Positions 47,302-56,158 are shown, numbered from the stretch's first letter. The stretch: 64,000 nucleotides of DNA from Candidatus Magasanikbacteria bacterium GW2011_GWC2_37_14 (GCA_000990355.1 LBSX01000003.1:21489-85488); one strand, 5' to 3'. Notes: generated by a model from the letters alone, not told the origin. Numbers and translations are program-made.

Positions 47302-48648
47302 ATGTTGGATAAAAATAATTTAAAAGTAAAAAATTGGTTGCAAAATAAAGAAGCTTTAAAAGAAACTGTTGATTTGGCCAATGTTTTTTTTGTTGGCAAA
47401 TGGCAAGAAGAAAGTGTTTTGGACTGGCTTAATAAATTAAATCAGCATTTAGAAGATTATAATCCCCTAAAAATTGCTAGTGATCTGGATACGGCTTTTG
47501 TAAATACAGTTTTAAATCTTTTAGATTATAATTTACTCAGCGAAATTAAAGATGTCTTAACAAAATTAATTGCCAACAAAACCGAGGCTGAGGCGCAAAA
47601 ATTAGATGAGTTAATTAAACAATTTGAACCAGATTTTTCCAATATTGCCGCTGTTTTACTTTGTTCCTTGCCAACCGATACTAGCGTGGCTTTAGAAGAA
47701 ATAGACTCAAAAGATCTCACCCCTGGTTTTTATCGGTTTTTGGGTCAATCAGTATTGGGCCACGAACATCAAGTAAGTTTTGAAGCTTTTAAAATTTTGG
47801 AAAGTAGTGTTTTTAACAATCAAAAAAACACTACCAAAGACAAATTGATTTTTATTGCAGTGATATTTTTGGCATATAACCAATTTAAAAGTTTAAGTTA
47901 TACCCAACAAATAGAATTATTACTCAGTTATTTTTGGTCAGCAATTGAGGTTGGTGTGCCTGTTGCCGAAATTTTTGCAGAGCAACTGCTTACTGAAAAT
48001 TCTTTGGTTGAATATATTAATACGAGTATTTTGTGGGGCAAGACAATTTTGGAAAGTAAAGAAGTAATTTTTATAGATAAAAATAAGCAAAACTTTTTAG
48101 TGGGGGATCTGGTGATTAAATATCTAATAATGGCGGGCAATGACATTTTGCTTGAAGATAAACAAAATAGTTATTTAGAAAAAATTATTAAAGAAAATAA
48201 TTTAAATAGTGATAAAAAAGAAAAATTAATTAGTTTACTTTCTTTTTATTTGCGTTTAAGCACCTGTAGTTTAGTAGACTATAATGGTTTGTTGCACGAG
48301 CAAGGCCTGGTAAAAACACCTTTTGATTGGCAAGAATTAATTAATAATGGTATCTCTGATTTACAAGCAGAAGAAATAAAAAAATACTTTTCACAGTTAC
48401 ACCAATCTTTGAGCATTAAAATTGAAATAGTTAATTCTTTACAAACCATGTCAAACTGGCGCGAGGAGCCTTATTTTGAAAGAATGCTTGCCCTTAGCCA
48501 ATCATATGAAGATGTTTGCGGGTTGTATTTTGGTCCTTTGGTTTATTTTGATGGCGAAAAAGATAAATGGGATTTTTATGTAGAATTACCCAATGGTTTA
48601 AAAGAAAAGTTTGAAGAATCATTTAAAAAATATGGAATTAAAGAATAA
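47302..48648 (+). CDS. Hypothetical protein
   Basis: 448-aa ORF; shares LL.yF..AI..GVPV motif with the next gene. Confidence 0.6.
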   Translation: MLDKNNLKVKNWLQNKEALKETVDLANVFFVGKWQEESVLDWLNKLNQHLEDYNPLKIASDLDTAFVNTVLNLLDYNLLSEIKDVLTKLIANKTEAEAQKLDELIKQFEPDFSNIAAVLLCSLPTDTSVALEEIDSKDLTPGFYRFLGQSVLGHEHQVSFEAFKILESSVFNNQKNTTKDKLIFIAVIFLAYNQFKSLSYTQQIELLLSYFWSAIEVGVPVAEIFAEQLLTENSLVEYINTSILWGKTILESKEVIFIDKNKQNFLVGDLVIKYLIMAGNDILLEDKQNSYLEKIIKENNLNSDKKEKLISLLSFYLRLSTCSLVDYNGLLHEQGLVKTPFDWQELINNGISDLQAEEIKKYFSQLHQSLSIKIEIVNSLQTMSNWREEPYFERMLALSQSYEDVCGLYFGPLVYFDGEKDKWDFYVELPNGLKEKFEESFKKYGIKE

Positions 48649-49585
48649 TTTTTGGTTTAATTATCAGTTACAAAATTACCACGAAGTTGTTGATTCTTTT
48701 GGTTTGTTAGAAAACAAACGTTTGGAAATTATTTCAAAAATTGGCAAGTTGGGTGAAAGGATTTTTTTATATGTTGATTTTATTTCTAAAAAAATATTAC
48801 AACACCAAATTAAACCCGAAGTAAGTTTTGAAACCAATCTTATTAAATATTTGGATTTAGGATTATTAAATAATTTTATTAACGATCCTTTAAACAAAGA
48901 AAATCGCGATTTGTTTTCCGAACAGCTTTTGCTGGTTTATTCGGCTTTGGGCGGGGCTTTGCCTATAAATGCTTATTCGGTAGAAGAAATGTTACAAATC
49001 AAATCAGCCGAATATTTATATTATGATGATAATATTTTTGTGGGTACTTTACGTTATATTTTTAGTGATTTGGATGTATTTTATAAATATTTACCAAGTA
49101 TTAGCGACTATTTGTTTAGAGATGGCCAAAATTCTATTAAACAAAACTTTGATTGGCACACAGCTTTTATTTATTCGGCTTTAATTAATTTTTGCTGGTC
49201 AAGTTTTTGGTTTTTAAAAAGTGAAGAACAAGAAAATTTGCTTAAAAATTATTTTTATACGGCCATTGTTGCCGGAGTGCCGGTAAAAATTATTTTAGAT
49301 CGTTTTTTGGCTGTGGGCACTGCAGAAGAAAAAGTACGTTGTCAACAATTGTTTGCCAATGGTCTTGAAAATAATTTAGAAGAAGTTCCTTTGAATGGAG
49401 ATTTTACCGAGTGGAAAAAATTATTAGCTATTATCCGTGGTTTTTCGGTGCGAATTAAGGGTTCAAATTCTGGTTTTGAACAAGAAGAATTTTTAAAGGA
49501 ATTTTATCAAAATCAACCAGGGAGAGACGTTTATCGCGGTTGGCTACGAGAAGTTTTGAATATAGTGTTTAGTTTGGAAAAGTAG
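48632..49585 (+). CDS. Hypothetical protein, paralog-like to the previous gene
   Basis: EQENLLKNYFYTAIVAGVPV versus QQIELLLSYFWSAIEVGVPV; ATG at 48632. Confidence 0.6.
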   Translation: MELKNNFWFNYQLQNYHEVVDSFGLLENKRLEIISKIGKLGERIFLYVDFISKKILQHQIKPEVSFETNLIKYLDLGLLNNFINDPLNKENRDLFSEQLLLVYSALGGALPINAYSVEEMLQIKSAEYLYYDDNIFVGTLRYIFSDLDVFYKYLPSISDYLFRDGQNSIKQNFDWHTAFIYSALINFCWSSFWFLKSEEQENLLKNYFYTAIVAGVPVKIILDRFLAVGTAEEKVRCQQLFANGLENNLEEVPLNGDFTEWKKLLAIIRGFSVRIKGSNSGFEQEEFLKEFYQNQPGRDVYRGWLREVLNIVFSLEK

Positions 49586-50066
49586 TACAATTATCAGTTT
49601 TCAATTTACAATTTACAATAAATTTTCAATTAAATAATTTTCAATGAATAAAAGTTCTAACAACTATGATTTGGAAGAACGTACAGCAGTATTTAGTGGA
49701 GAGATAATTAAATTTTGTAGAAGTCTAAAAGAAGATAATGTTACTAGACCGTTGATAAATCAGTTAGTGCGTTCTGGAACTAGTATCGGGGCAAATTATT
49801 GTGAAGCTAATAACGCGAGTTCAAAAAAGGATTTTCAAAATAAAATATTTATTTGTAAAAAAGAGGCACAAGAGACCAAATATTGGTTAAGGACACTTTC
49901 TACCTGTTGTCCAGAAGAAGTAGAAAATTTAAGGAAACTTTGGAAGGAAACACAAGAATTATTGATGATATTTCAAAAAATTGTGAATACTTTAAGAAGT
50001 AAATGATAATTGATAAATTGAAAATTTATTGTAAATTGTAAAATGGTTATTGTAAATTAAACAATT
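49586..50066. mobile_element. Four-helix-bundle gene within inverted heptamer frame (full form)
   Basis: caatttacaatttacaataaattttcaattaaataattttca-ATG ... TGA-taattgataaattgaaaatttattgtaaattg. Confidence 0.65.
49644..50006 (+). CDS. Four-helix-bundle protein (23S rRNA-IVP / TIGR02436-like)
   Basis: YDLEERT, NQLVRSGTSIGANYCEA, SKKDF, KKEAQETKYWL. Confidence 0.92.
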   Translation: MNKSSNNYDLEERTAVFSGEIIKFCRSLKEDNVTRPLINQLVRSGTSIGANYCEANNASSKKDFQNKIFICKKEAQETKYWLRTLSTCCPEEVENLRKLWKETQELLMIFQKIVNTLRSK

Positions 50067-51281
50067 ATGAGTAATTCTCCCACAATTCTAGTAAAGAAAG
50101 CTGACGGCACCCAGGTTCGCATGACCATGGAGGAGTTTAAGGTATACAAAAGTGGCGTTAATTCAGATAACAAAAAGCAAATAGCCTTCGTCCCGAGCTC
50201 AGGCCGAGGGGCAGATAGCATAAAAAAAATTGAGACAGCGGTTAAGACAGAAATAAAACATGAAGAGAAATTAGAAAATTTAGAAACTGAGAAATTAGTT
50301 GTTAACGACTTGCCAATGGTGTTGAATACCGAAGCTTTAACAACTACTGCACCAGTAAAAGAGGTGTTTGTAAATGAAGCGGAATATAAATCATTAAACC
50401 ATGAAAACATTAAAGCTTTAAAACAAGTTGAGCCTGTAAAAATAAAACAGCCAGTAATAAAGCCAGAAATAGTAAAAATAAAAAATTGGAAAGAGGATGA
50501 TTATAAATCTTTGCTGGATAGCCCAGAAACAGAAAAAGTGGCTCCAGTTGCTAGTGCGCCAGTAAACAAAAATGAACAATTAGCAGAAAAGATTATTTCG
50601 GCTCTGCCTTTTAAAGTTAATAATGACATTTTAGGTCGTTTGCGTTCTTTGGTACTGTCTCGAGTAAAAGAAATTCGTGATGATGACCAAGTAGTAAGTT
50701 ATGCCACTCGTGCCAAAGAAAATGGGGGACTGGGTTTGGCCGAATTAGCTGCTAGTGATTTGGTTGCTTTAATTAATAAATATTTACCAAGCAAATCAAA
50801 ATTAACCAAGACTGTTTTAGACGACGAAGAATCAGAAGCACCGCAAACTGCTACCAAAATGGCACCCGCCAAAGTCTATTTTCCCCAAACAGAAACCAAA
50901 AAGCCAGAAGTTGTGGGCAAACCAATAATGCAAGATGTAACGCCTCCACCGCCGGTAGAAAAGAGAAGTATGGGCCCTGTAGAAGAGTTTAAATTTATCA
51001 CTGTGGTAGATTTTCGTCGTTTGGCTACTAAACCAGAAGAGTGTACCAGAATTTTAAATGAAAAATTAATTGCTTTAAAAGCAGAATCATATTTAATTTA
51101 TAGCCAAGCAGTGGCTGGCTGGTTTGCTAGTCCATTGTATAGTAAATATTGCGAAGTTTTTAAAAGAAGTTTAAACGAAAAACAAAAAATAAGTGATTTA
51201 TTGTTAATTAAAAATAAAGAAGAATTAACTTTGGAAGAATTTAAAGCCCTATTGGAATTTAGTAGGGGGTTGAATGGTTAG
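50067..51281 (+). CDS. Hypothetical protein in T4SS-like cluster
   Basis: 404-aa ORF; contains in-frame palindrome 50187-50211. Confidence 0.65.
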   Translation: MSNSPTILVKKADGTQVRMTMEEFKVYKSGVNSDNKKQIAFVPSSGRGADSIKKIETAVKTEIKHEEKLENLETEKLVVNDLPMVLNTEALTTTAPVKEVFVNEAEYKSLNHENIKALKQVEPVKIKQPVIKPEIVKIKNWKEDDYKSLLDSPETEKVAPVASAPVNKNEQLAEKIISALPFKVNNDILGRLRSLVLSRVKEIRDDDQVVSYATRAKENGGLGLAELAASDLVALINKYLPSKSKLTKTVLDDEESEAPQTATKMAPAKVYFPQTETKKPEVVGKPIMQDVTPPPPVEKRSMGPVEEFKFITVVDFRRLATKPEECTRILNEKLIALKAESYLIYSQAVAGWFASPLYSKYCEVFKRSLNEKQKISDLLLIKNKEELTLEEFKALLEFSRGLNG

Positions 51282-51285
51282 TGTC

Positions 51286-51343
51286 TGTCATGCTGAACTA
51301 GTTTCAGCATCCCAGGAGATCCTGAAATAAATTCAGGATGACA
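51286..51343. repeat. TGTCAT...ATGACA element
   Basis: tgtcatgctgaactagtttcagcatcccaggagatcctgaaataaattcaggatgaca. Confidence 0.9.
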
Positions 51344-51350
51344 AAACAAT

Positions 51351-51782
51351 ATGCAACAATTTGTAGTACCACAATTTATTGATGTTGAAGATAAAATTTT
51401 TGGGCCGATTACTACCCGTCAATTTTTAATTTTGTTGGCAGCAGGCTTGCTGATTTTTGTATTCTATAAATTAACAGATTTTGCTTTGTTTGTAACTCTT
51501 ACGGCAGTGTTGGGCGGGTTGGCACTGGTATTTGCTTTTGTAAAAATAAATGGCCAGCCTTTTCATTATTTTTTGTTAAATTTATTACAAACTTTGCGCA
51601 AACCCTCTTTAAGGGTCTGGAAGAAAAATTTGTCTGATGAAGAATTAAATTTTTTACGTAAATTAAATACCGAGAAAGCACCTGAAAAAATTGCTAGAAA
51701 AGAAGTAAAATCTGGGCATATCCATGATTTAGCATTACTCGTTAATACTGGTGGTTTTTATAAACCAGAGGATGAATTGTAA
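51351..51782 (+). CDS. PrgI-family (VirB3-like) protein
   Basis: QFVVPQFIDVEDKIFGPITTRQF, two TM segments, KINGQPF. Confidence 0.85.
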   Translation: MQQFVVPQFIDVEDKIFGPITTRQFLILLAAGLLIFVFYKLTDFALFVTLTAVLGGLALVFAFVKINGQPFHYFLLNLLQTLRKPSLRVWKKNLSDEELNFLRKLNTEKAPEKIARKEVKSGHIHDLALLVNTGGFYKPEDEL

Positions 51783-51787
51783 TTATC

Positions 51788-51924
51788 TGTCATCCTGAAT
51801 TTATTTCAGGATCTCCTGTTAGCATTAAAAGTGTTGGGGATGCTGAAATGGTACTTGTCCTGAATTTATTTCAGGATTCAGCATGACAATTGCATTCAGG
51901 ATGACAACCAAGTTCAGCATGACA
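51788..51924. repeat. Compound TGTCAT-family element with stacked right ends
   Basis: tgtcatcctgaatttatttcaggatc...ttcagcatgaca..ttcaggatgaca..ttcagcatgaca. Confidence 0.85.
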
Positions 51925-51959
51925 AATAGAACGTTTTGTGTTAAAATGACAAGTGTAAT

Positions 51960-52649
51960 ATGGCCAAGAAACAAGAAATGAAAGGAAGAGTAAATAATAA
52001 GCCTTCGACCCAGGCTTATTTGCCTATTGCCGAAATTAGAGACGGGGTAGTTATCTTAAAAGATGGCACTTTGCGTAGTGTGCTAATGGTTTCTAGTATA
52101 AATTTTGCTTTAAAATCCGAAGATGAACAAAATGCTTTGGTATCGGCTTATGTGGGTTTTTTAAATTCATTGGATTTTCCTTTACAAATATTAATGCAGT
52201 CGCGACGTTTGCAAATAAAACCATATTTAGAAAAATTAGCCAAAATAGAACGTGAACAAACCAATGAATTGTTGCAAGTTCAAGTAGCCGATTACAAGGC
52301 TTTTATCGAAGAATTTGTAGAAATTGGGCAAATTATGACCAAGAGATTTTATGTAGTAGTGCCTTATGACCCCTTATCCAACAACAAAAAAAGCTTTTGG
52401 TCTAGATTTAAAGAAGTTTTAAAACCCGCAATTACTTTGCGCCTAAAAGATGAAAGGTTTAAAAAAAGAATAGAAGATTTGGAAATGCGTTTGCGTCAAG
52501 TAAGGAGCGGCTTAGAAAGTATGGGTTTGCAAATTGTACAACTAGACACCCAATCATTAATAGAATTATTTTATTCCACTTACAACCCCGATACTGCTTT
52601 TAGTGAGCAGTTGGGCAAAATAGGTGATATCCAAATAGAAAATATTTAA
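51960..52649 (+). CDS. TraC/VirB4 N-terminal-like conjugation protein
   Basis: STQAYLPIAEIRDG, SINFALKSEDEQ, FLNSLDFPLQI; directly upstream of VirB4. Confidence 0.7.
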   Translation: MAKKQEMKGRVNNKPSTQAYLPIAEIRDGVVILKDGTLRSVLMVSSINFALKSEDEQNALVSAYVGFLNSLDFPLQILMQSRRLQIKPYLEKLAKIEREQTNELLQVQVADYKAFIEEFVEIGQIMTKRFYVVVPYDPLSNNKKSFWSRFKEVLKPAITLRLKDERFKKRIEDLEMRLRQVRSGLESMGLQIVQLDTQSLIELFYSTYNPDTAFSEQLGKIGDIQIENI

Positions 52650-52650
52650 T

Positions 52651-54519
52651 ATGGCCTTTAAGCCAATGCAAAATTTAAAGATTGATAATACTTTGAGTGG
52701 AGAATCAGTAAAAGAAAAAGCAAAAAAACAAATTGCCGAGGAAATTGTAAGTTTGGAAGAAGAAAAAGTTTATCGTCGCGGTACCGTGGCAATTCGGGAT
52801 TTAATTTCTCCTGCTGGTTTGCGCATCGAAAATAATTATATTCAATTGGGTGATGTATTTTTGCGCACTATTTTTGTAATCACTTATCCACGTTATATTG
52901 CCGTAGGTTGGGGCATGCCGATTTTAAATTTAAACATTACCATGGATGTTTCCATGTTTTTTTATCCAGTGCCTTCACCAATTATTTTAAAACAACTAAA
53001 GAAAAAAGTAGGTGCTTTGGAAGCACAAATTACTGGTGATGCCGAAAAAGGCGCTGCTCGCGACCCAATTCACGAAACTGCCCTTCGCGATATTGAACAA
53101 TTGCGTGATGATTTGACCCAAGGAGTGGAACATTTTTTTCAATTTTCTTTTTATGTAACTGTTTATGCCAAAGATTTAGACGAACTTAACCGGACTACCG
53201 AAGATGTAGAAAATATTTTTGGTTCCAAATTAATTTATAGTAAGCACGTGTTGTATCAAGCCGAACAAGGTTTTACTTCTACTTTGCCCCTCGGCATCGA
53301 CGAATTATCGATTGCTTTCAACATGAATTCTTCGCCAATTGCGGCTTCTTTTCCTTTTATTTCTTCGGAATTAACTTCGGATGATGGAATTTTGTATGGC
53401 ATTAATCGTCATAATAATAGTTTGATTATCTTTGATCGTTTTAGTTTACAAAATGCCAATATGGCAGTGTTTGCTACATCGGGTGCTGGCAAATCTTATA
53501 CCGTAAAGCTAGAAGTATTGCGCAGTTTAATGATGGGTGTGGATATTATTATTATTGATCCGGAAATGGAATATCAGCATTTGTGCGAAGCAGTGGGAGG
53601 TACTTATGTAAATATTTCTTTGGCTGCCGAAAGCAAGGTTAATCCTTTTGATTTACCACGACCAGTGGGTCAGCAGATTTCTACCGAAGATGTAATTCGT
53701 AGTGCCATTATTACCTTAAAAGGCTTAATCCGCATAATGTTCGGCAGTCTCAATGTTACTGAAGATTCCATTATGGATCGGGCTTTAAAAGAAACTTATG
53801 CCAAAAAAGATATTACGCCAGATTCTGATTTGGGTAGTATTGAACCGCCAATTATGCAGGATTTGCTAGAAGTTTTAGAAGGCATGCAAGGGGCAGAAAA
53901 TTTGGTGCTACGTTTAAGAAAATTTACCGAGGGTACTTTTTCGGGATTGTTCAATTCGCCCACCAATGTAAATATGAATAATCAGTTGGTGGTATTTTCG
54001 GTGCGTGATTTGGAAGACGAACTTCGCGCTATGGCAATTTACAATCTTATCAACTATGTTTGGAATATAGTTCGCAGTGAGCGCAAAAAAAGAATTTTAA
54101 TAATTGATGAAGCTTGGTGGTTAATGACTCACGAAGATAGTGCCAAATTTATTTATGCTTTGGTAAAACGTTGTCGCAAATATTATTTGGGGGTTACCAC
54201 TATTACCCAAGATGTGAGCGACTTTTTGCGTTCTCCCTATGGTCAGTCTATTGTAACCAATTCGGCTTTACAACTTTTATTGCGTCAAACACCAGCGGCA
54301 ATTGATATTGTACAAAAAACTTTTATGCTTACCGAAGGCGAAAAATATTTATTATTGGAAAGTGCAGTGGGTGAAGGAATATTTTTTGCTGGTTTAAAAC
54401 ATGCCGCGATTAAAGTAATTGCTTCTTATACCGAAGATCAGTTGGTAACTTCGGATCCCAAGCAATTAATGGAAATAGAAAAAGCTAAAAAAGAATACGA
54501 AGAACAAATGCTTAAATAA
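52651..54519 (+). CDS. VirB4-like type IV secretion ATPase
   Basis: Walker A ATSGAGKS, IIDPEMEY, VNPFD, IIDEAW, RCRKY, ITQDVSDF. Confidence 0.9.
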   Translation: MAFKPMQNLKIDNTLSGESVKEKAKKQIAEEIVSLEEEKVYRRGTVAIRDLISPAGLRIENNYIQLGDVFLRTIFVITYPRYIAVGWGMPILNLNITMDVSMFFYPVPSPIILKQLKKKVGALEAQITGDAEKGAARDPIHETALRDIEQLRDDLTQGVEHFFQFSFYVTVYAKDLDELNRTTEDVENIFGSKLIYSKHVLYQAEQGFTSTLPLGIDELSIAFNMNSSPIAASFPFISSELTSDDGILYGINRHNNSLIIFDRFSLQNANMAVFATSGAGKSYTVKLEVLRSLMMGVDIIIIDPEMEYQHLCEAVGGTYVNISLAAESKVNPFDLPRPVGQQISTEDVIRSAIITLKGLIRIMFGSLNVTEDSIMDRALKETYAKKDITPDSDLGSIEPPIMQDLLEVLEGMQGAENLVLRLRKFTEGTFSGLFNSPTNVNMNNQLVVFSVRDLEDELRAMAIYNLINYVWNIVRSERKKRILIIDEAWWLMTHEDSAKFIYALVKRCRKYYLGVTTITQDVSDFLRSPYGQSIVTNSALQLLLRQTPAAIDIVQKTFMLTEGEKYLLLESAVGEGIFFAGLKHAAIKVIASYTEDQLVTSDPKQLMEIEKAKKEYEEQMLK

Positions 54520-54524
54520 CTAAC

Positions 54525-54618
54525 TGTCATCCTGACCGAGTGTAGCAACGAGTGGAGGGATCTCTTAAACAATGTACAAGAGATTCCTCGACTTCGCTTC
54601 GCTACGCTCGGAATGACA
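54525..54618. repeat. TGTCAT-family element (variant)
   Basis: tgtcatcctgaccgag..gggatctc / gagattcctcg..ctcggaatgaca. Confidence 0.8.
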
Positions 54619-54623
54619 AATTT

Positions 54624-55199
54624 ATGTATATGCTTACACTACGTCAAAGAATTTTTGCTTACATTGGTATTTTTGTTGGTTTGGTGGTGGTTTTTTTGTT
54701 GGCTTATTTATTTATCAACAATAGTGGCGGGGTACGTGATTATGTAACAGAAAAAGGCACAAAAATTTTAAATATTAAACCCACAGGAGAGCAAACACCG
54801 GTGGCTACTACTACTCCAAACGTGGTAAAAGCCGACCCGCTTACTCCCGAGATTTATACCAAACAATTGTCACGAATTTTTGTCGAGCGTTTTAGTAGTT
54901 ATTCCAACCAAAATGATAATCTTCATATTAGCGAAGTAATTCCACTTTGTACCGAAACAATGGTTGCTTGGCTAAAGACACAAAATTTAACTAGTAGTTT
55001 GGATTATGCGGGGGTAACTACCAGAGTAATTGCCAGTAATGTTAGTAAAATTACTGCTACCTCGGCTACCGTGGAAATTCAAGTACAACAAGAAATAGAA
55101 AATAAAGCGGGAAAACAAGTGGTACAAAAAGATGGGCGTGTGGAACTTTTAAAAGTAGGCAATGATTGGAAAATAGATGGGTTGTATTGGCAAAAATAG
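54624..55199 (+). CDS. Membrane-anchored NTF2-like (VirB8-like) protein
   Basis: Single TM; FVERFSSYSNQ; VELLKVGNDWKID; start placed after the repeat. Confidence 0.6.
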   Translation: MYMLTLRQRIFAYIGIFVGLVVVFLLAYLFINNSGGVRDYVTEKGTKILNIKPTGEQTPVATTTPNVVKADPLTPEIYTKQLSRIFVERFSSYSNQNDNLHISEVIPLCTETMVAWLKTQNLTSSLDYAGVTTRVIASNVSKITATSATVEIQVQQEIENKAGKQVVQKDGRVELLKVGNDWKIDGLYWQK

Positions 55200-55319
55200 T
55201 TTAATTTTCAGTAATCAATTTTCAATTTACAAAAAATTTTCAATTAAATAATTTTCAATGTTATTGATAATTGAACATTGTAAATTTATTGAAAATTGTG
55301 AATTGTAAATTGGCAATTT
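55200..55319. repeat. Gene-less copy of inverted heptamer frame with central ATG-ttat-TGA
   Basis: aaattttcaattaaataattttcaATG is identical to the sequence before 49644; followed by ttatTGAtaattgaa. Confidence 0.85.
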
Positions 55320-55967
55320 ATGCTACATGGATTAATTAGTTTAATTAAAGATTATATTTTTCCCGTATATTGTCTAGGTTGCCAAACAGAAGGTGAGTGG
55401 GTTTGTAAAAATTGTTATAACAACATAAACGCGCAGAGCGTTTTTTGTTTTACAAATTTAGAGGATAATTTTGTTAATTTATTAATTTCGCCTTATCTTT
55501 ATCAAGAAAATGAACTGATCGGCAAAATTATTCAATATTTTAAATATCATTATGCAGAAGAATTAGAGCAGGTAATCTTTAATTTAATAAATAAATTTTT
55601 ATTAGAAAATAAAAATTTATTTGCAGAGATTGATTGTGTTATACCTGTGCCATTACATGCTCGGCGTTTGGCAGAGCGGGGATTTAACCAAGCCGAAGTT
55701 ATTGCTAAAATTTTAGGTGCTATTTTGAATAAGCCAGTTTTAAATAATTTGGGGCGTGTTCGATATACCAAGCAACAAGCCAAACTAAACAAATTGGCTA
55801 GGCAAGAAAATGTGGCTAGTGCTTTTGTGGTTAATGGTAAAATAAGCAATAATATTTTAATTGTTGATGATGTGTTTACTACAGGTGCGACTACAAAAGA
55901 ATGTGCCAAAGTGCTAAAACAAGCCGGAGCTAAAAAAATTATTGCCTTTACTTTGGCACGAGGTTAA
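55320..55967 (+). CDS. comF: ComF family competence protein (phosphoribosyltransferase domain)
   Basis: FPVYCLGC..CKNC, PVPLH..R..ERGFNQA, IVDDVFTTGAT. Confidence 0.92.
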   Translation: MLHGLISLIKDYIFPVYCLGCQTEGEWVCKNCYNNINAQSVFCFTNLEDNFVNLLISPYLYQENELIGKIIQYFKYHYAEELEQVIFNLINKFLLENKNLFAEIDCVIPVPLHARRLAERGFNQAEVIAKILGAILNKPVLNNLGRVRYTKQQAKLNKLARQENVASAFVVNGKISNNILIVDDVFTTGATTKECAKVLKQAGAKKIIAFTLARG

Positions 55968-56018
55968 AATTATTATTGACAGAGAATTAATTTTGAGGTA
56001 AGATAAATTGCAACTTAT

Positions 56019-56105
56019 GGAGAGATGGCTGAGTGGTCGATAGCAGCAGTTTACTAAACTGCAGTCCCCGTAAGGGGACCTAGGGTTCGAATCCCTATCT
56101 CTCCG
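56019..56105 (+). tRNA. tRNA-Ser, anticodon ACT (56053-56055); CCA not encoded
   Basis: Acceptor ggagaga/tctctcc, anticodon stem gcagt-ttACTaa-actgc, long variable arm gtccccgtaaggggac, T arm taggg-ttcgaat-cccta, G73. Confidence 0.85.
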
Positions 56106-56158
56106 CCTTCGCGCGCCGAAGCGCGCTTCGGCGGACAAAGTCCGCTAAATTAGACTTT

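Noticed and set aside
54552-54623. N-terminal extensions in the ORF track (54552, 31236, 27495, 42963, 9018, 907)
   Set aside because: They translate repeat elements, leaders or overlaps; better starts lie downstream.
55914-56138. 74-aa minus-strand ORF
   Set aside because: Antisense to the tRNA-Ser gene.
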